A stretch of 64,000 nucleotides of DNA from a virus (Duplodnaviria; Heunggongvirae; Uroviricota; Caudoviricetes): positions 119,178-183,177 of the IMG/VR virus record IMGVR_UViG_3300020048_006428. One strand, written 5' to 3'. Below the pieces are notes generated by a model. It did no database searches, was not told the origin of the DNA, and saw only the letters and a list, made by a program, of their open reading frames with translations. The position numbers and the translations under genes were made by a program. Positions within the stretch are counted from its first letter, which is position 1; each line of letters opens with the position of its first letter. This document shows positions 20,319 to 30,488 of this stretch, piece by piece.

Positions 20319-20798
20319 TTATTTATTATATTTCAATTTATATAATGTCTTGTATATCAATACTAAAATATCATCAATTATATTAAAATAATGTGTATCT
20401 TCTGCATTAAAACACTTTCTTTCTGATTTTATAAAGTCACCCAATTCAGTAAAATATTCAATTGTATCTTTTGTGTTACTATCAGATGTGTCTATAACAT
20501 CATAATTTTTAATCAATATATATTGACCCTGATATATTTCAACTAAATCATCAATTGATTCTAATATACCTTCATAATATCCTTGCATAGCTTCGTGTTT
20601 ACCTAATGAACCCATATCACCAGTAACTTTTAAATGATACATATGCGCCATTTCTCTACTTTCAAACAACTTAGAAACAAATTTAGCAACATCAGTCTTA
20701 TCCACATTTAAAGGTGGTGCAGTTGATTCATTTATTCTGAATAGTTTATTTTCGTTTATATTATTCCATTTTGGATTTATATTTGTGAATTTTTTCAT
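20319..20798 (-). CDS. Ferritin/Dps-like four-helix-bundle protein
   Basis: AHMYHLKV...KHEAMQGYYEGILESIDDLVEIYQGQY matches the Dps-like H..H / H / D...E ligand spacing. Confidence 0.7.
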   Translation of the reverse strand: MKKFTNINPKWNNINENKLFRINESTAPPLNVDKTDVAKFVSKLFESREMAHMYHLKVTGDMGSLGKHEAMQGYYEGILESIDDLVEIYQGQYILIKNYDVIDTSDSNTKDTIEYFTELGDFIKSERKCFNAEDTHYFNIIDDILVLIYKTLYKLKYNK

Positions 20799-21016
20799 AA
20801 TTTATCTATATTATTTTTTTTTATTTGTATGCTAATATCTTGTATTTCAGAAATATCAATAATTGTATACTCATCAGCCATAGAAGATAATTCACTATCT
20901 GCTATATATCCAGCTTCACCTGTATTTTCAGCTTTTATTGTAAATTCAACTTCTGCCTTTATTTTATAAGTTTTTTCTATATTAATATTTTCAATTAATT
21001 TACTAAATCTTTTCAT
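20795..21016 (-). CDS. Small hypothetical protein with N-terminal tag (MKRFSKLIE)
   Basis: ORF; TTTAATATATA at 21060-21050. Confidence 0.6.
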   Translation of the reverse strand: MKRFSKLIENINIEKTYKIKAEVEFTIKAENTGEAGYIADSELSSMADEYTIIDISEIQDISIQIKKNNIDKL

Positions 21017-21299
21017 TTTAATATTTCATTTTTTGGCTAAACCCTCGTTTATATATTAAACTTTAAAATCAAAAAATCTAATATATGATATAATTTATAT
21101 AAATTTAAGGCATTCTCGACGGGAAGTTAAGATTTTCATTGAAATGTTTCAACACTTCTACCATAAATATCTAATACAAGTGCTTTATATTGATATAAAT
21201 AATTATCCATATTAAATATTAATTTTATTTATATATTAATAATAAATTGATAAAAATGGAAATTATAATTTAATATATAAATAAAATTAAGATATTTTA

Positions 21300-21554
21300 A
21301 TGAAACATATTAAGAAATATAAAATGTTTTTAGAATCAACTGCTGCGGCTGAACCAACAACCGAACCAGCACCAACTAAAACACCGGTAAAAGTACCAAC
21401 AAAACCAGAAAAACCAATAAAACCAGAAGAACCTATTGGTATACCATCTATCAGTCCTGAAAGAAAAGGTGTTACTGAAAAAGATGTCGTTAATAGATTT
21501 TTAGAAGAAATGGATGAACAAGGTGAATCTATCAAAAAATATTTAGATAAATAA
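21300..21554 (+). CDS. Pro/Thr/Lys-rich small protein with N-terminal tag (MKHIKKYKMFLES)
   Basis: ORF; TTTAATATATA at 21269. Confidence 0.7.
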   Translation: MKHIKKYKMFLESTAAAEPTTEPAPTKTPVKVPTKPEKPIKPEEPIGIPSISPERKGVTEKDVVNRFLEEMDEQGESIKKYLDK

Positions 21555-21555
21555 T

Positions 21556-23034
21556 ATGAAAATAAAAGATTTTGAAAAGTTTCTTTTAGAAGAAATAACA
21601 ATAAAAGGAAATCCCGCTATTCCAGGCGAAGGTGCAGATAAAGATGAAGAAAAATATTTATCAAATGTTGAACGTAGAACAAAAGAAAGATTGGGTATAA
21701 CTGGACAAGGATCAGGTTCTATTGCTTCACAATTAATGAGTTTATTAGAAGAATCTAAGACATATACAAAAGGTAAGGAAAAACAATTAGAATCATTAGC
21801 AAATGATATTATGATGGGTAACTATGGTGATATCATCAAAAGATATGAAATAACATTAGACATCAAAATGATTAAATCAGGAAAAGATGTTAAAGAATTT
21901 ATGGATGATATCGACGATGAACATGATGAAGAAGAAAAAGAATATGTTGATTGGATTCAAGTAAAAGATGAAGATGAAAGAAATGAAGTATATAAAAGAA
22001 AAATAGCCAATTTAATTATACAAGGTGAATCAAAAAACACTAAACATATTTTACATTCTGATGAATGTAAAAGTGGATTAGAAGTTATTTTTGGTGGGGA
22101 CGCTGATAAAATATTTAAAATTTGGGATGAAATGTCTAAATTAGCAGATAAGTTAGATTGGTTACTTCCAACTGATAGTAGGGCAAATATGATGAAAGAA
22201 AACCCAGAAGGTTTTGCTGGTGCATCGGGTGTTGGATGGAAACCAAAAGAAGAATCAGAAGAATTACAAGAATACGAAGAAGAATCAGAAGAAGAATATA
22301 CTGCTTGGACAGGTGAAGAAGATGAAGAAGAAATGTATAATGATTATACAGAAGAAGAATACATAGAACCAACAATTTCATATACACCAATATTAAAAGC
22401 AGTTGGTATTGATTTTCCTATGTTATTACATGAATCTGTAAAAGGATTATTTGAAATATTATCATTAGGTGGTATACCAAAAGATGCTACTGTTGCAAAT
22501 ATAGCTTTATCTAATACAGGGATGGAAGATGAACCAGAAGATTGGAAATATGGCCCAGAAGTGGCAAGAGATTTCAGAAGATTTTTAAATGTAAATAAAA
22601 ATATTGATAAATATCCAAATATAAGAGAAGAATTATATAAGATATTAATTGATAAAAATACAATGTCAACCAAAGAATTCTTAAAGTTATTCAAAGGTAT
22701 TTTATCAAATACTGATGAAGCAAGAAGAAAAATTGATGTTTTGATAAACAAAGCCATTGAAAATATAGAAGTATATAACAACTATCTTGCAGAATTGGAT
22801 CAATATGAAAAAGATATGAAACAATATGAAATAGATATGGCTAACTTTGGAAAAAGTGGTAGTGTTGTAGATGATGAAGAAATTGTTGATATCAAAGAAG
22901 TTGATTACTCTACAATGAATAAAAGAGAACTTCAAGCTGAAATTGATGCTGCATTAGATAATGGAAATTATACGAAAGTTAAGATGTTATCAAAATACAT
23001 AAAAGAAAGTAGAAATAATAAAAAATATAATTAA
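21556..23034 (+). CDS. Acidic hypothetical protein with N-terminal tag and UVR-like C-terminal helix pair
   Basis: 492-aa ORF; Glu-rich tract; ends ELQAEIDAALDNGNYTKVKMLSKY. Confidence 0.65.
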   Translation: MKIKDFEKFLLEEITIKGNPAIPGEGADKDEEKYLSNVERRTKERLGITGQGSGSIASQLMSLLEESKTYTKGKEKQLESLANDIMMGNYGDIIKRYEITLDIKMIKSGKDVKEFMDDIDDEHDEEEKEYVDWIQVKDEDERNEVYKRKIANLIIQGESKNTKHILHSDECKSGLEVIFGGDADKIFKIWDEMSKLADKLDWLLPTDSRANMMKENPEGFAGASGVGWKPKEESEELQEYEEESEEEYTAWTGEEDEEEMYNDYTEEEYIEPTISYTPILKAVGIDFPMLLHESVKGLFEILSLGGIPKDATVANIALSNTGMEDEPEDWKYGPEVARDFRRFLNVNKNIDKYPNIREELYKILIDKNTMSTKEFLKLFKGILSNTDEARRKIDVLINKAIENIEVYNNYLAELDQYEKDMKQYEIDMANFGKSGSVVDDEEIVDIKEVDYSTMNKRELQAEIDAALDNGNYTKVKMLSKYIKESRNNKKYN

Positions 23035-23039
23035 TAAAA

Positions 23040-24854
23040 ATGATAAAGAAATATTTAGATTTTAGACAAACAGTTAATGAAAAATATTCAAATGAATTAA
23101 TTAATGAAAATATAGCCCAAGCCAAAACATTCTTGAAAAATAGAGCTTTGAAGATAAAAAAAGATAGAATGGGCGATTCAGAAGAACCAGTTGGATTATC
23201 ACCACAAGAAGTAAAAGCTGCTGAACAAGATAGAGATTTTCTTGAAATTGTTAAACTTGCAAAAGATATGTCTGGTTATACTTATGTATTTACTAAATTT
23301 TTCTATGAAGATTTGGAATATTTAGATAAATCCGATAGAATTGATGAACTAAGTAGACTTTTAAATATTTTAAAGGAATATAGACAATCAATCGGTGAAC
23401 TACCTATGCCAGTTGATAGGTATTGCAGTAAAGCAGCAATCGAAGAAGAAGTAAAATCAGCAACAGATGAAGGTAGACCGATAAGAAGTTCTTATGAACG
23501 CTTATGTGATGATTTAGAAAAATTAAAGACAAGTAAAATAACAAAAAAATGGATAAATGAATTACCATCAGAACAAAAATCATGGTTTGCAAGATTAACT
23601 GAAGACCAAAAGAAATTGGTTGACGCAATAGCTCTTGGATTTGACTTAATGGGTTCAGAAGATGGTGTAAAAGATCCAAAAGCAAATAAAATATTAACTC
23701 GTAACTTCTTTGAAAAATTAAAAGACTATAAAACATTTGGTGACTTAATTATATCTGCACAATATGCTATAAAATCTGCTAATAATGCATCGTTTAAAAA
23801 ATTTTTAGTTTCACTTGATAAAGTGAATCAAAAATATGGTGAATTAAATGGAACAGAAATAAAGTATAACGAAAATGGTATATTAATTATTGAAGTTAGG
23901 TCATATCAAGCAAATAAAGAATTAAACTCACATACCAAACACTGCATTATACATTTTGGACATTGGACTCATTATTTAGGTGATTTTAATAAACAATATT
24001 ATATTTATAATTTTAATTTGGATCAAACTGATAATAAATCAGTAATTGGTATTACAATAGGTGAAAATAATAAAGTAACTGCTTGTCATCTTAAAAATGA
24101 TGACAACTTTATAAGTGGTATTGTTAATCATATGAATTCACTTAAGCTTGATTTACCAAAAGGTGTCAAATCACCAATGGAAATAATGCCAGGTATGACA
24201 AAACCAGAAGTTGAAGCCAAAAAGAAAAAAATTGCAGCCAGTAAAGAAATTATTAAAGATAACTTATCATTAGATAAGATAAAAGAACTTTTGGAGTTAG
24301 GTGCAGATCCAAATGCAGCCAAAGGAAAAGTTTTGGAAAATTCTGTTAGAGAAAGTGATTTAGAAAAAACTAAATATTTATTAGAAAAAGGTGCAATGCC
24401 AAGTTTAAATAATCCTATTAAATTTGCTAAAACTATGGATATGATAAAATTATTAGTTTCATACCATTGTGAATTGACAAGTGAAGTGTTTAAAAATATA
24501 ATGGGTGATATTGAAGGTGTTGAATATGTATTAAAAGCAGGTATGGATCCTAATTTTGATAGAGGATTACCTGTTAGACTTGCTGTTGCACAAGATAATA
24601 AAAAAGTATTAGATTTATTAATACATTATAAAGCAGATCTTTCAAATAGAAATTATTTAATTTTAAAAGTAGCTGCACAACATGCACAATCAGAGGTATT
24701 TGAATATCTATATAATGGTGTTGAAAACATACCAAGCTTTAAGAAGATTGAAGAACACATTAAAACTGAATGTTTAAATTGGGCAAAAAGTGCTGAATTA
24801 CCACAAGATAAAATAGATACTATGGTTGAAACCATAACAAGATTGATGAGATAA
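23040..24854 (+). CDS. Ankyrin-repeat protein with a central PcfJ-like domain
   Basis: LLELGADPN, YLLEKGAMP, LKAGMDPN...LAVAQDNKKVLDLLIHYKAD ankyrin-like units; central HTKHCI...HWTHY...YYIYNF. Confidence 0.7.
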   Translation: MIKKYLDFRQTVNEKYSNELINENIAQAKTFLKNRALKIKKDRMGDSEEPVGLSPQEVKAAEQDRDFLEIVKLAKDMSGYTYVFTKFFYEDLEYLDKSDRIDELSRLLNILKEYRQSIGELPMPVDRYCSKAAIEEEVKSATDEGRPIRSSYERLCDDLEKLKTSKITKKWINELPSEQKSWFARLTEDQKKLVDAIALGFDLMGSEDGVKDPKANKILTRNFFEKLKDYKTFGDLIISAQYAIKSANNASFKKFLVSLDKVNQKYGELNGTEIKYNENGILIIEVRSYQANKELNSHTKHCIIHFGHWTHYLGDFNKQYYIYNFNLDQTDNKSVIGITIGENNKVTACHLKNDDNFISGIVNHMNSLKLDLPKGVKSPMEIMPGMTKPEVEAKKKKIAASKEIIKDNLSLDKIKELLELGADPNAAKGKVLENSVRESDLEKTKYLLEKGAMPSLNNPIKFAKTMDMIKLLVSYHCELTSEVFKNIMGDIEGVEYVLKAGMDPNFDRGLPVRLAVAQDNKKVLDLLIHYKADLSNRNYLILKVAAQHAQSEVFEYLYNGVENIPSFKKIEEHIKTECLNWAKSAELPQDKIDTMVETITRLMR

Positions 24855-24855
24855 T

Positions 24856-24893
24856 AAAAAAAGACAACCTAAAAAATTAGGTTGTCTTTTTTT
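24856..24893. terminator. Bidirectional intrinsic terminator (identical core to 53339-53377)
   Basis: A7-GACAACCT-AAAAAATT-AGGTTGTC-T7 between convergent genes. Confidence 0.85.
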
Positions 24894-25854
24894 ATTTTAC
24901 TTTTATATTTATTTTTAACCAAAACTCACTTGTTGTTATACTATATTGTACTTTTTCTGACCATTTAAATTTCAAAATATAATTTCTAAAATTAGTTTTT
25001 ACATTCTCAACTTCTCCAATATCCATTACACCATTATCCCATTTACCAATTCCATAATACGCAAAAGTTATTATATTATCTGTTATTATTGGTAATGATT
25101 TTTTTTCTGTATAACCGGGATTAAAACTTAACATTTCTTTTTTAATTTTAGAAAATAAGTTTAATTTATCATAATCAATATCGTTAAATAACATCCTTAG
25201 ACTAATTGATGATGGTGAAGTTAATTGTGCTAAATAATTAATAATACTTTTTGTTATTTTAAATTGTCCATATTTAATTGCTAAATCATCTATTTGCAAA
25301 CCATATTCAAAAAACATATCATTTCTTATACCATAATATAATCTATATTTATTACCATCTTTTGATGAATTAATTATATCATCAAAGTATTTATATCTAA
25401 TTGAAACAGATTTTAGTGTATTATAATCAACAAAATCTGTATTAAAATACATTAAAAATATATCAGGTGTTACTTCCCAATTTGGTTTTATATTTTTGAA
25501 TCCTAATGCAGTTATTATTTTCAAAAAGCATTTGAATAGGTTTTTACCACCGATTTCATTTGATTCCAACAAATCAATATCTGTATGTGTTGTTATTTCA
25601 GCTTCACCTGGTTCTTCACCTTTTTTATCTTTTAGTATTAAATCTATTATTAGATTTTGTGTAAATTCATCCAATAAATTTATAGCATTTGCTAATCTAA
25701 TATTTGAATGGATATCTTTTGTATATTGTGAAATTATATTTAAAGCATATTCATTATCTTCTGCTAATTTTTCAATATATTCACCAATAGTATCAAAATA
25801 ATTAGATGATAATGATTCTACAATAAATCTGTTATATTTTTTCAATCTTTTCAT
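24892..25854 (-). CDS. Hypothetical protein with N-terminal tag (MKRLKKYNRFIVES)
   Basis: 320-aa ORF; TTTAATATATA at 25869-25859. Confidence 0.7.
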   Translation of the reverse strand: MKRLKKYNRFIVESLSSNYFDTIGEYIEKLAEDNEYALNIISQYTKDIHSNIRLANAINLLDEFTQNLIIDLILKDKKGEEPGEAEITTHTDIDLLESNEIGGKNLFKCFLKIITALGFKNIKPNWEVTPDIFLMYFNTDFVDYNTLKSVSIRYKYFDDIINSSKDGNKYRLYYGIRNDMFFEYGLQIDDLAIKYGQFKITKSIINYLAQLTSPSSISLRMLFNDIDYDKLNLFSKIKKEMLSFNPGYTEKKSLPIITDNIITFAYYGIGKWDNGVMDIGEVENVKTNFRNYILKFKWSEKVQYSITTSEFWLKINIKVK

Positions 25855-25953
25855 ATTATATATATTAAATTTTTAATATAAGATAACATATAATTAATTG
25901 AAATAAATAAATTATAAGATATTAATTTTAGACACATTGGTAAAAAATGCAAG

Positions 25954-26850
25954 TTATAATACACTTAAAACTTCTTCATAAATTTCTTTTGCAGTTTTAT
26001 TTCTTGTGTTTATTATTTTCTTATAATCAAATTCCTTTTCTATTTCACTTTTTAATTTAACCCAATAAGTGACATCATCTTCTAAATTCATTAATTCTAA
26101 AAACTTATCAATATTAAATTTTCCTTCAAATAAAGATTTATGTAATTCATCATCATCCAATAAATCTATTATTTCTTGTTTTGACCAACTTTTATCATCA
26201 ATTGTATCTTTTCTATTTTCACTTAATTCATATCTTTCAACAAAATCTTTCAAAAAGACATTAGCCCCACGCATATCATATTTTGATCTACTTATCAAAT
26301 TTCTTTTTAAATCATCTAATGGTGCATATAATAAAACTATATCACACTCAGGTAATTCAAAATATTTGCTATATAAAGCACAACCAGGTTCTATATCATC
26401 TATAACAACATCCACACATTTTGGATTTCTACCTACCCTATTACCATCATCATCCAAATAGCTATTTTCCCATATTTTACATTCCTTTATTTCTTTCATC
26501 ATATAATATTGAACACTATCAAACATATTCTTTGGATATCTTATTGCACTTGAATCAGAAAATGGGTCTTCATTATGCACATTATTATATAAAGCATGTT
26601 CATCATTTGTAGTGTGCCATATTTTTCCATAAATATCAGTTATAGTAGATCCATCATTATATTTTTCAGTTGCAAAAGAATCAGGAAATAATACATTATA
26701 AAAAGAATCAACAGATATAACACACCAACCATTTTTTACCAATGGCTTAGAAATATAGCTTTTTCCACTTGATGATGTACCATCAAGTATCAATATACTA
26801 TTTGGAATGTTTTTTTTATCAAAATTATCAAAAAGCTTTGTGTATTTCAT
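25954..26850 (-). CDS. P-loop small-molecule kinase (chloramphenicol-phosphotransferase-like) with N-terminal tag
   Basis: ILILDGTSSSGKS Walker A followed by VISVDSF; VVIDD; R(N)xxxR lid-like segment. Confidence 0.65.
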   Translation of the reverse strand: MKYTKLFDNFDKKNIPNSILILDGTSSSGKSYISKPLVKNGWCVISVDSFYNVLFPDSFATEKYNDGSTITDIYGKIWHTTNDEHALYNNVHNEDPFSDSSAIRYPKNMFDSVQYYMMKEIKECKIWENSYLDDDGNRVGRNPKCVDVVIDDIEPGCALYSKYFELPECDIVLLYAPLDDLKRNLISRSKYDMRGANVFLKDFVERYELSENRKDTIDDKSWSKQEIIDLLDDDELHKSLFEGKFNIDKFLELMNLEDDVTYWVKLKSEIEKEFDYKKIINTRNKTAKEIYEEVLSVL

Positions 26851-26858
26851 TATTTATC

Positions 26859-29573
26859 TTATTTATCTAATTTTTCTATTAAATATCTTTCATCAATTGA
26901 AGATTCATCAGAATCTGATATTCTTGTTATTCTATATTTATATCCTTTATTCAAATCCAAATAAGGCTTATTAGACAATAAATAAGTATATGTTGTTGAA
27001 TTAAAAGGCAAAGGTAATCCACCTTGAACAATATTACTTGCACTACTTCCATAATTCATTAATGTTTTATTGTTGTTAACATCTAAATAAATATATGAAT
27101 TAGTTAAACCAATTGAATTAATTTTATATTGTCCGGAAAAATCTATTTGACTTATTGTTCCAATTGTAAAGTCTTCCAATAATAAAGAATCACCTATTTT
27201 AAATGAATTATTTACTAAATTATAATTACCAACAATAGGAACTTCTAAAATACCACCAGTATTTAACTGCAATGATTTATTTAAATCTACTTCAAAATTA
27301 ATATTCTTCCAATTATTTGCAGAATTTGATAATTGAGTAACACTATTATAATATATTGGTAATTCAATAGTATCTAATATTTTTGTTTCAACAGGAACAT
27401 TATTTTGAACACCTAATCTATATTTTATATAAATTTCTAATTGTTTATTTTCAGTTGCATCCAAATCCGCATCAATTATAATATCAACACTTTGTTTAAA
27501 ATCTAAATCCCTATCAATAACAATTATCAATTTATTACTGTTTGGTAAAGTTATGTTATTAGTATCATTATTAGTTATATTTATAAGGAAATTTTTATTT
27601 TCCGGAACACTTGTTATATATGGTATAGCATCACTTACATTATAAAGATCAGTAGTCAATATATTATAAATTATATTATATGAAGTATCAATATTTCTAA
27701 GTGTTAATCTAGGTGGACTATAAGTATTGTCCAAATCAACAAAAATTGTTTCCGAATTTACTATTTGATTTGTAGAATACATTCTCAATAATAATTCCAT
27801 ATTTGCTATCTTAGCATTTATTGAACGGAAATCAACTTGTGTATATAATAACTGTTTTATATTATATAATTCTGATTGTAAATCATTTTGTTCAGCAATT
27901 ATATTTAAATATGAATCATTAACATTAGCTAATCTTCTCATAGCTTCATTAAACAAATTAAAACTAAATAATGAATTTATTGCTTGTGGATTATATGTAT
28001 CTTGTGGGTTTTCATTAATAATATTGAAATTTAAATTAAGTGAAAATGCATATGAAATACCATCCTGTAAATCATTTGCTGCTAATTTTTTAAATGTAGG
28101 TATTCTCAAAGATACCTCTGATTCAATTGGATTGTTATCTGGATTATCAACAAATGATATACCATATAAATTAGTAAATGAATTACCAGTTAAATCTTCA
28201 ACTGTATAATACCATAAAATAGCATTAAAATCAAAATCAGCAGGTGGTTCATTATTAACAGTTAAAGCATTAAACTGATCAAAATTAGTTATTTCACGAC
28301 CAGTTATATTCATTTTAACATAATGATTAGTATTAAAATCAATTGATATACCATCAATTGTTGAACTATCAACAATTGGTACATTTATATCACCACTTAT
28401 CCCATAATAATCACCACTTCTTCTCAATGAATCACCAGAAGAAGTTTCATATGTAAAATCAACAGTATCAAATTGCCCATAATATCCACCCGGATAGTTA
28501 CTTGGATTACTAACTATTGGACTACTAAAATTTAAAACCCCATTTATTGCAGCACCTATTATTTCAGGTTGATATTGAGATGGTAATATAGGATATGTTA
28601 AATTTGGCTTATAATTACTATCGACCATTGTTCTAAATAAAACATCCGGTGTTTGTCCAGTATGATCGGGTATATGTGCATATACTTCTGTATATGACTT
28701 ATTAGCTTCATTTACATTATTTATACCATTTACTTCACCAATATATCTAACCAATCTGTGATATACCAATTTAGCAGTTCCTATTGTTTCAGCTAAAACA
28801 CCATATGTATAAGTAGCGAAATCAGTTACTATTTTTTGTCCTTCTGTTACAGTAGCAGGGATTATATACACCACTTTCATTCTTTTTCCAGAAGCACCAA
28901 ATATAGATACTAAAGTATTTTCAGATAAATCATTTAATTCTATAATATCACCAATTTTAAAATTAGTAGTTCCTTCAAATTCAATTTGCAAATTAGTTAA
29001 ATATCCAGACACAGCACTTTCTGAAAATTCAGCAGTTTCCCAACTTATAACTTCACGTTCTTTCCACAAAATTTCTTGAAAATATTCATCATCTGTTAAA
29101 TTATTTCTTTCAAATTCTTGTAGATTTCCAAAGTACTCATCACCATCATTAGCTGGTTCAAAATCAATTATATTTAGTTTTTTACACCATTTCCAAAATA
29201 TTTTTTCAGTTGGTGTTGATAGAACAGTATTATCATAGTAATATTCTGTGTTATTTATCTTTGAATCTTTTAATGTCACTTCATAATTAGCAACATAATT
29301 CCTTAAAGATTCAACTAATTGATCTTGATATGATGTTGGTGGTGTTGAAAATGCTGATCTTTCAAACCCATTTTCAAAATCCCAATAAATAGGATTGCTA
29401 TTAGTTCCAACTGATAGATTTTGTTTGGGTAGATTTAATAAAATGTATTTAGAAAAATACATTTTATAATTTTGATTTTGATAAGCAGCCGATATATCTT
29501 CTGCTGCACCAGGAAAAGCATAAAATGATGTTCCGTTAGTTTTTAATCTTTTATATGTGGGTGTTACTGCCAT
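26859..29573 (-). CDS. Large putative virion structural protein (904 aa)
   Basis: Long ORF, beta-rich with a central coiled coil; TTTAATATATA at 29609-29599. Confidence 0.55.
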   Translation of the reverse strand: MAVTPTYKRLKTNGTSFYAFPGAAEDISAAYQNQNYKMYFSKYILLNLPKQNLSVGTNSNPIYWDFENGFERSAFSTPPTSYQDQLVESLRNYVANYEVTLKDSKINNTEYYYDNTVLSTPTEKIFWKWCKKLNIIDFEPANDGDEYFGNLQEFERNNLTDDEYFQEILWKEREVISWETAEFSESAVSGYLTNLQIEFEGTTNFKIGDIIELNDLSENTLVSIFGASGKRMKVVYIIPATVTEGQKIVTDFATYTYGVLAETIGTAKLVYHRLVRYIGEVNGINNVNEANKSYTEVYAHIPDHTGQTPDVLFRTMVDSNYKPNLTYPILPSQYQPEIIGAAINGVLNFSSPIVSNPSNYPGGYYGQFDTVDFTYETSSGDSLRRSGDYYGISGDINVPIVDSSTIDGISIDFNTNHYVKMNITGREITNFDQFNALTVNNEPPADFDFNAILWYYTVEDLTGNSFTNLYGISFVDNPDNNPIESEVSLRIPTFKKLAANDLQDGISYAFSLNLNFNIINENPQDTYNPQAINSLFSFNLFNEAMRRLANVNDSYLNIIAEQNDLQSELYNIKQLLYTQVDFRSINAKIANMELLLRMYSTNQIVNSETIFVDLDNTYSPPRLTLRNIDTSYNIIYNILTTDLYNVSDAIPYITSVPENKNFLINITNNDTNNITLPNSNKLIIVIDRDLDFKQSVDIIIDADLDATENKQLEIYIKYRLGVQNNVPVETKILDTIELPIYYNSVTQLSNSANNWKNINFEVDLNKSLQLNTGGILEVPIVGNYNLVNNSFKIGDSLLLEDFTIGTISQIDFSGQYKINSIGLTNSYIYLDVNNNKTLMNYGSSASNIVQGGLPLPFNSTTYTYLLSNKPYLDLNKGYKYRITRISDSDESSIDERYLIEKLDK

Positions 29574-29675
29574 AGTATTTAAAAAAATATAATTTACTTA
29601 TATATTAAATTATAACCATTTCATTTACTAAACATTTAAAAAACCATTGATATAATATAAAAATATATTAAATCA

Positions 29676-30098
29676 ATGGTTTTTATAGGACACATATTTT
29701 ATTTTATCGGACTACTTGTCTTTATTATGAATTTAAATAATTTATTAAATAGTAGAAAATTATCAAGCTTAATTGAATGGTCAATTTCATTCAATAAAGT
29801 AACTAAGAAAATAGTATCTAAAGATGATTTACCAGAAAATGATTTTAAATTAGTTCAAAACTATTCAAATTCAATGGTAATAACTTTTGCTTGGATGTTA
29901 TTAGGATTAATAACAAATAGTTGGTTGATATTTCTATCACTAATAAGTATTAATTTTTTGATGAGTTTCATTAGAAATAACACACCATTTAAATTTATAC
30001 AGTTTTTTATTATGTGTTTTATTAATGTATTAGTCATTGGATTCACATTCATAAATCATTTTCATTTACATATTGACGTATATAAATTTCTATTTTGA
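29676..30098 (+). CDS. Predicted membrane protein (3-4 hydrophobic segments)
   Basis: Hydrophobic stretches; TAAAC-N17-TATAAT promoter at 29629-29656. Confidence 0.6.
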   Translation: MVFIGHIFYFIGLLVFIMNLNNLLNSRKLSSLIEWSISFNKVTKKIVSKDDLPENDFKLVQNYSNSMVITFAWMLLGLITNSWLIFLSLISINFLMSFIRNNTPFKFIQFFIMCFINVLVIGFTFINHFHLHIDVYKFLF

Positions 30099-30488
30099 TT
30101 CATCTTTAATGTTAATAACAATATCTTCAATAGCTTTCATTGTTCCTTTTATTATATAATCATATAAGCTAAAACAATTTATTTCAGAAGGAACTTCATC
30201 ATAGAAATTTATTTTTGATAATAATGAATCAATATCATTTCTATAACTTAAATAGAATTCATATACATCTGAATCATTAATCAATCCTTCTATTTTACTT
30301 TTATCAGAATCTCTTATAAAAGCTTCAATAAAATCATTAAATACGTCTATATCATCGCTATTTAATGATTTTATTATTTTATCAATAATTTCATCTTTTA
30401 AATCTTTGTATTCTGGTTTTAATTTAGATGATATATCATCTTTTAAATCTTCATTTACAAAGCTTAAATATTTTTTTACATTTTTCAT
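30090..30488 (-). CDS. Hypothetical acidic protein with N-terminal tag (MKNVKKYLSFVNE)
   Basis: ATGA-coupled to the upstream LRR gene. Confidence 0.65.
   Translation of the reverse strand: MKNVKKYLSFVNEDLKDDISSKLKPEYKDLKDEIIDKIIKSLNSDDIDVFNDFIEAFIRDSDKSKIEGLINDSDVYEFYLSYRNDIDSLLSKINFYDEVPSEINCFSLYDYIIKGTMKAIEDIVINIKDESK

Noticed and set aside
21100-21175. Riboswitch or structured ncRNA in the GC-richer intergenic patch
   Set aside because: Only short hairpins (TTGAA/TTCAA, GAAGT/ACTTC) are present, with no recognisable family motif; kept only as a low-interest micro-ORF note.
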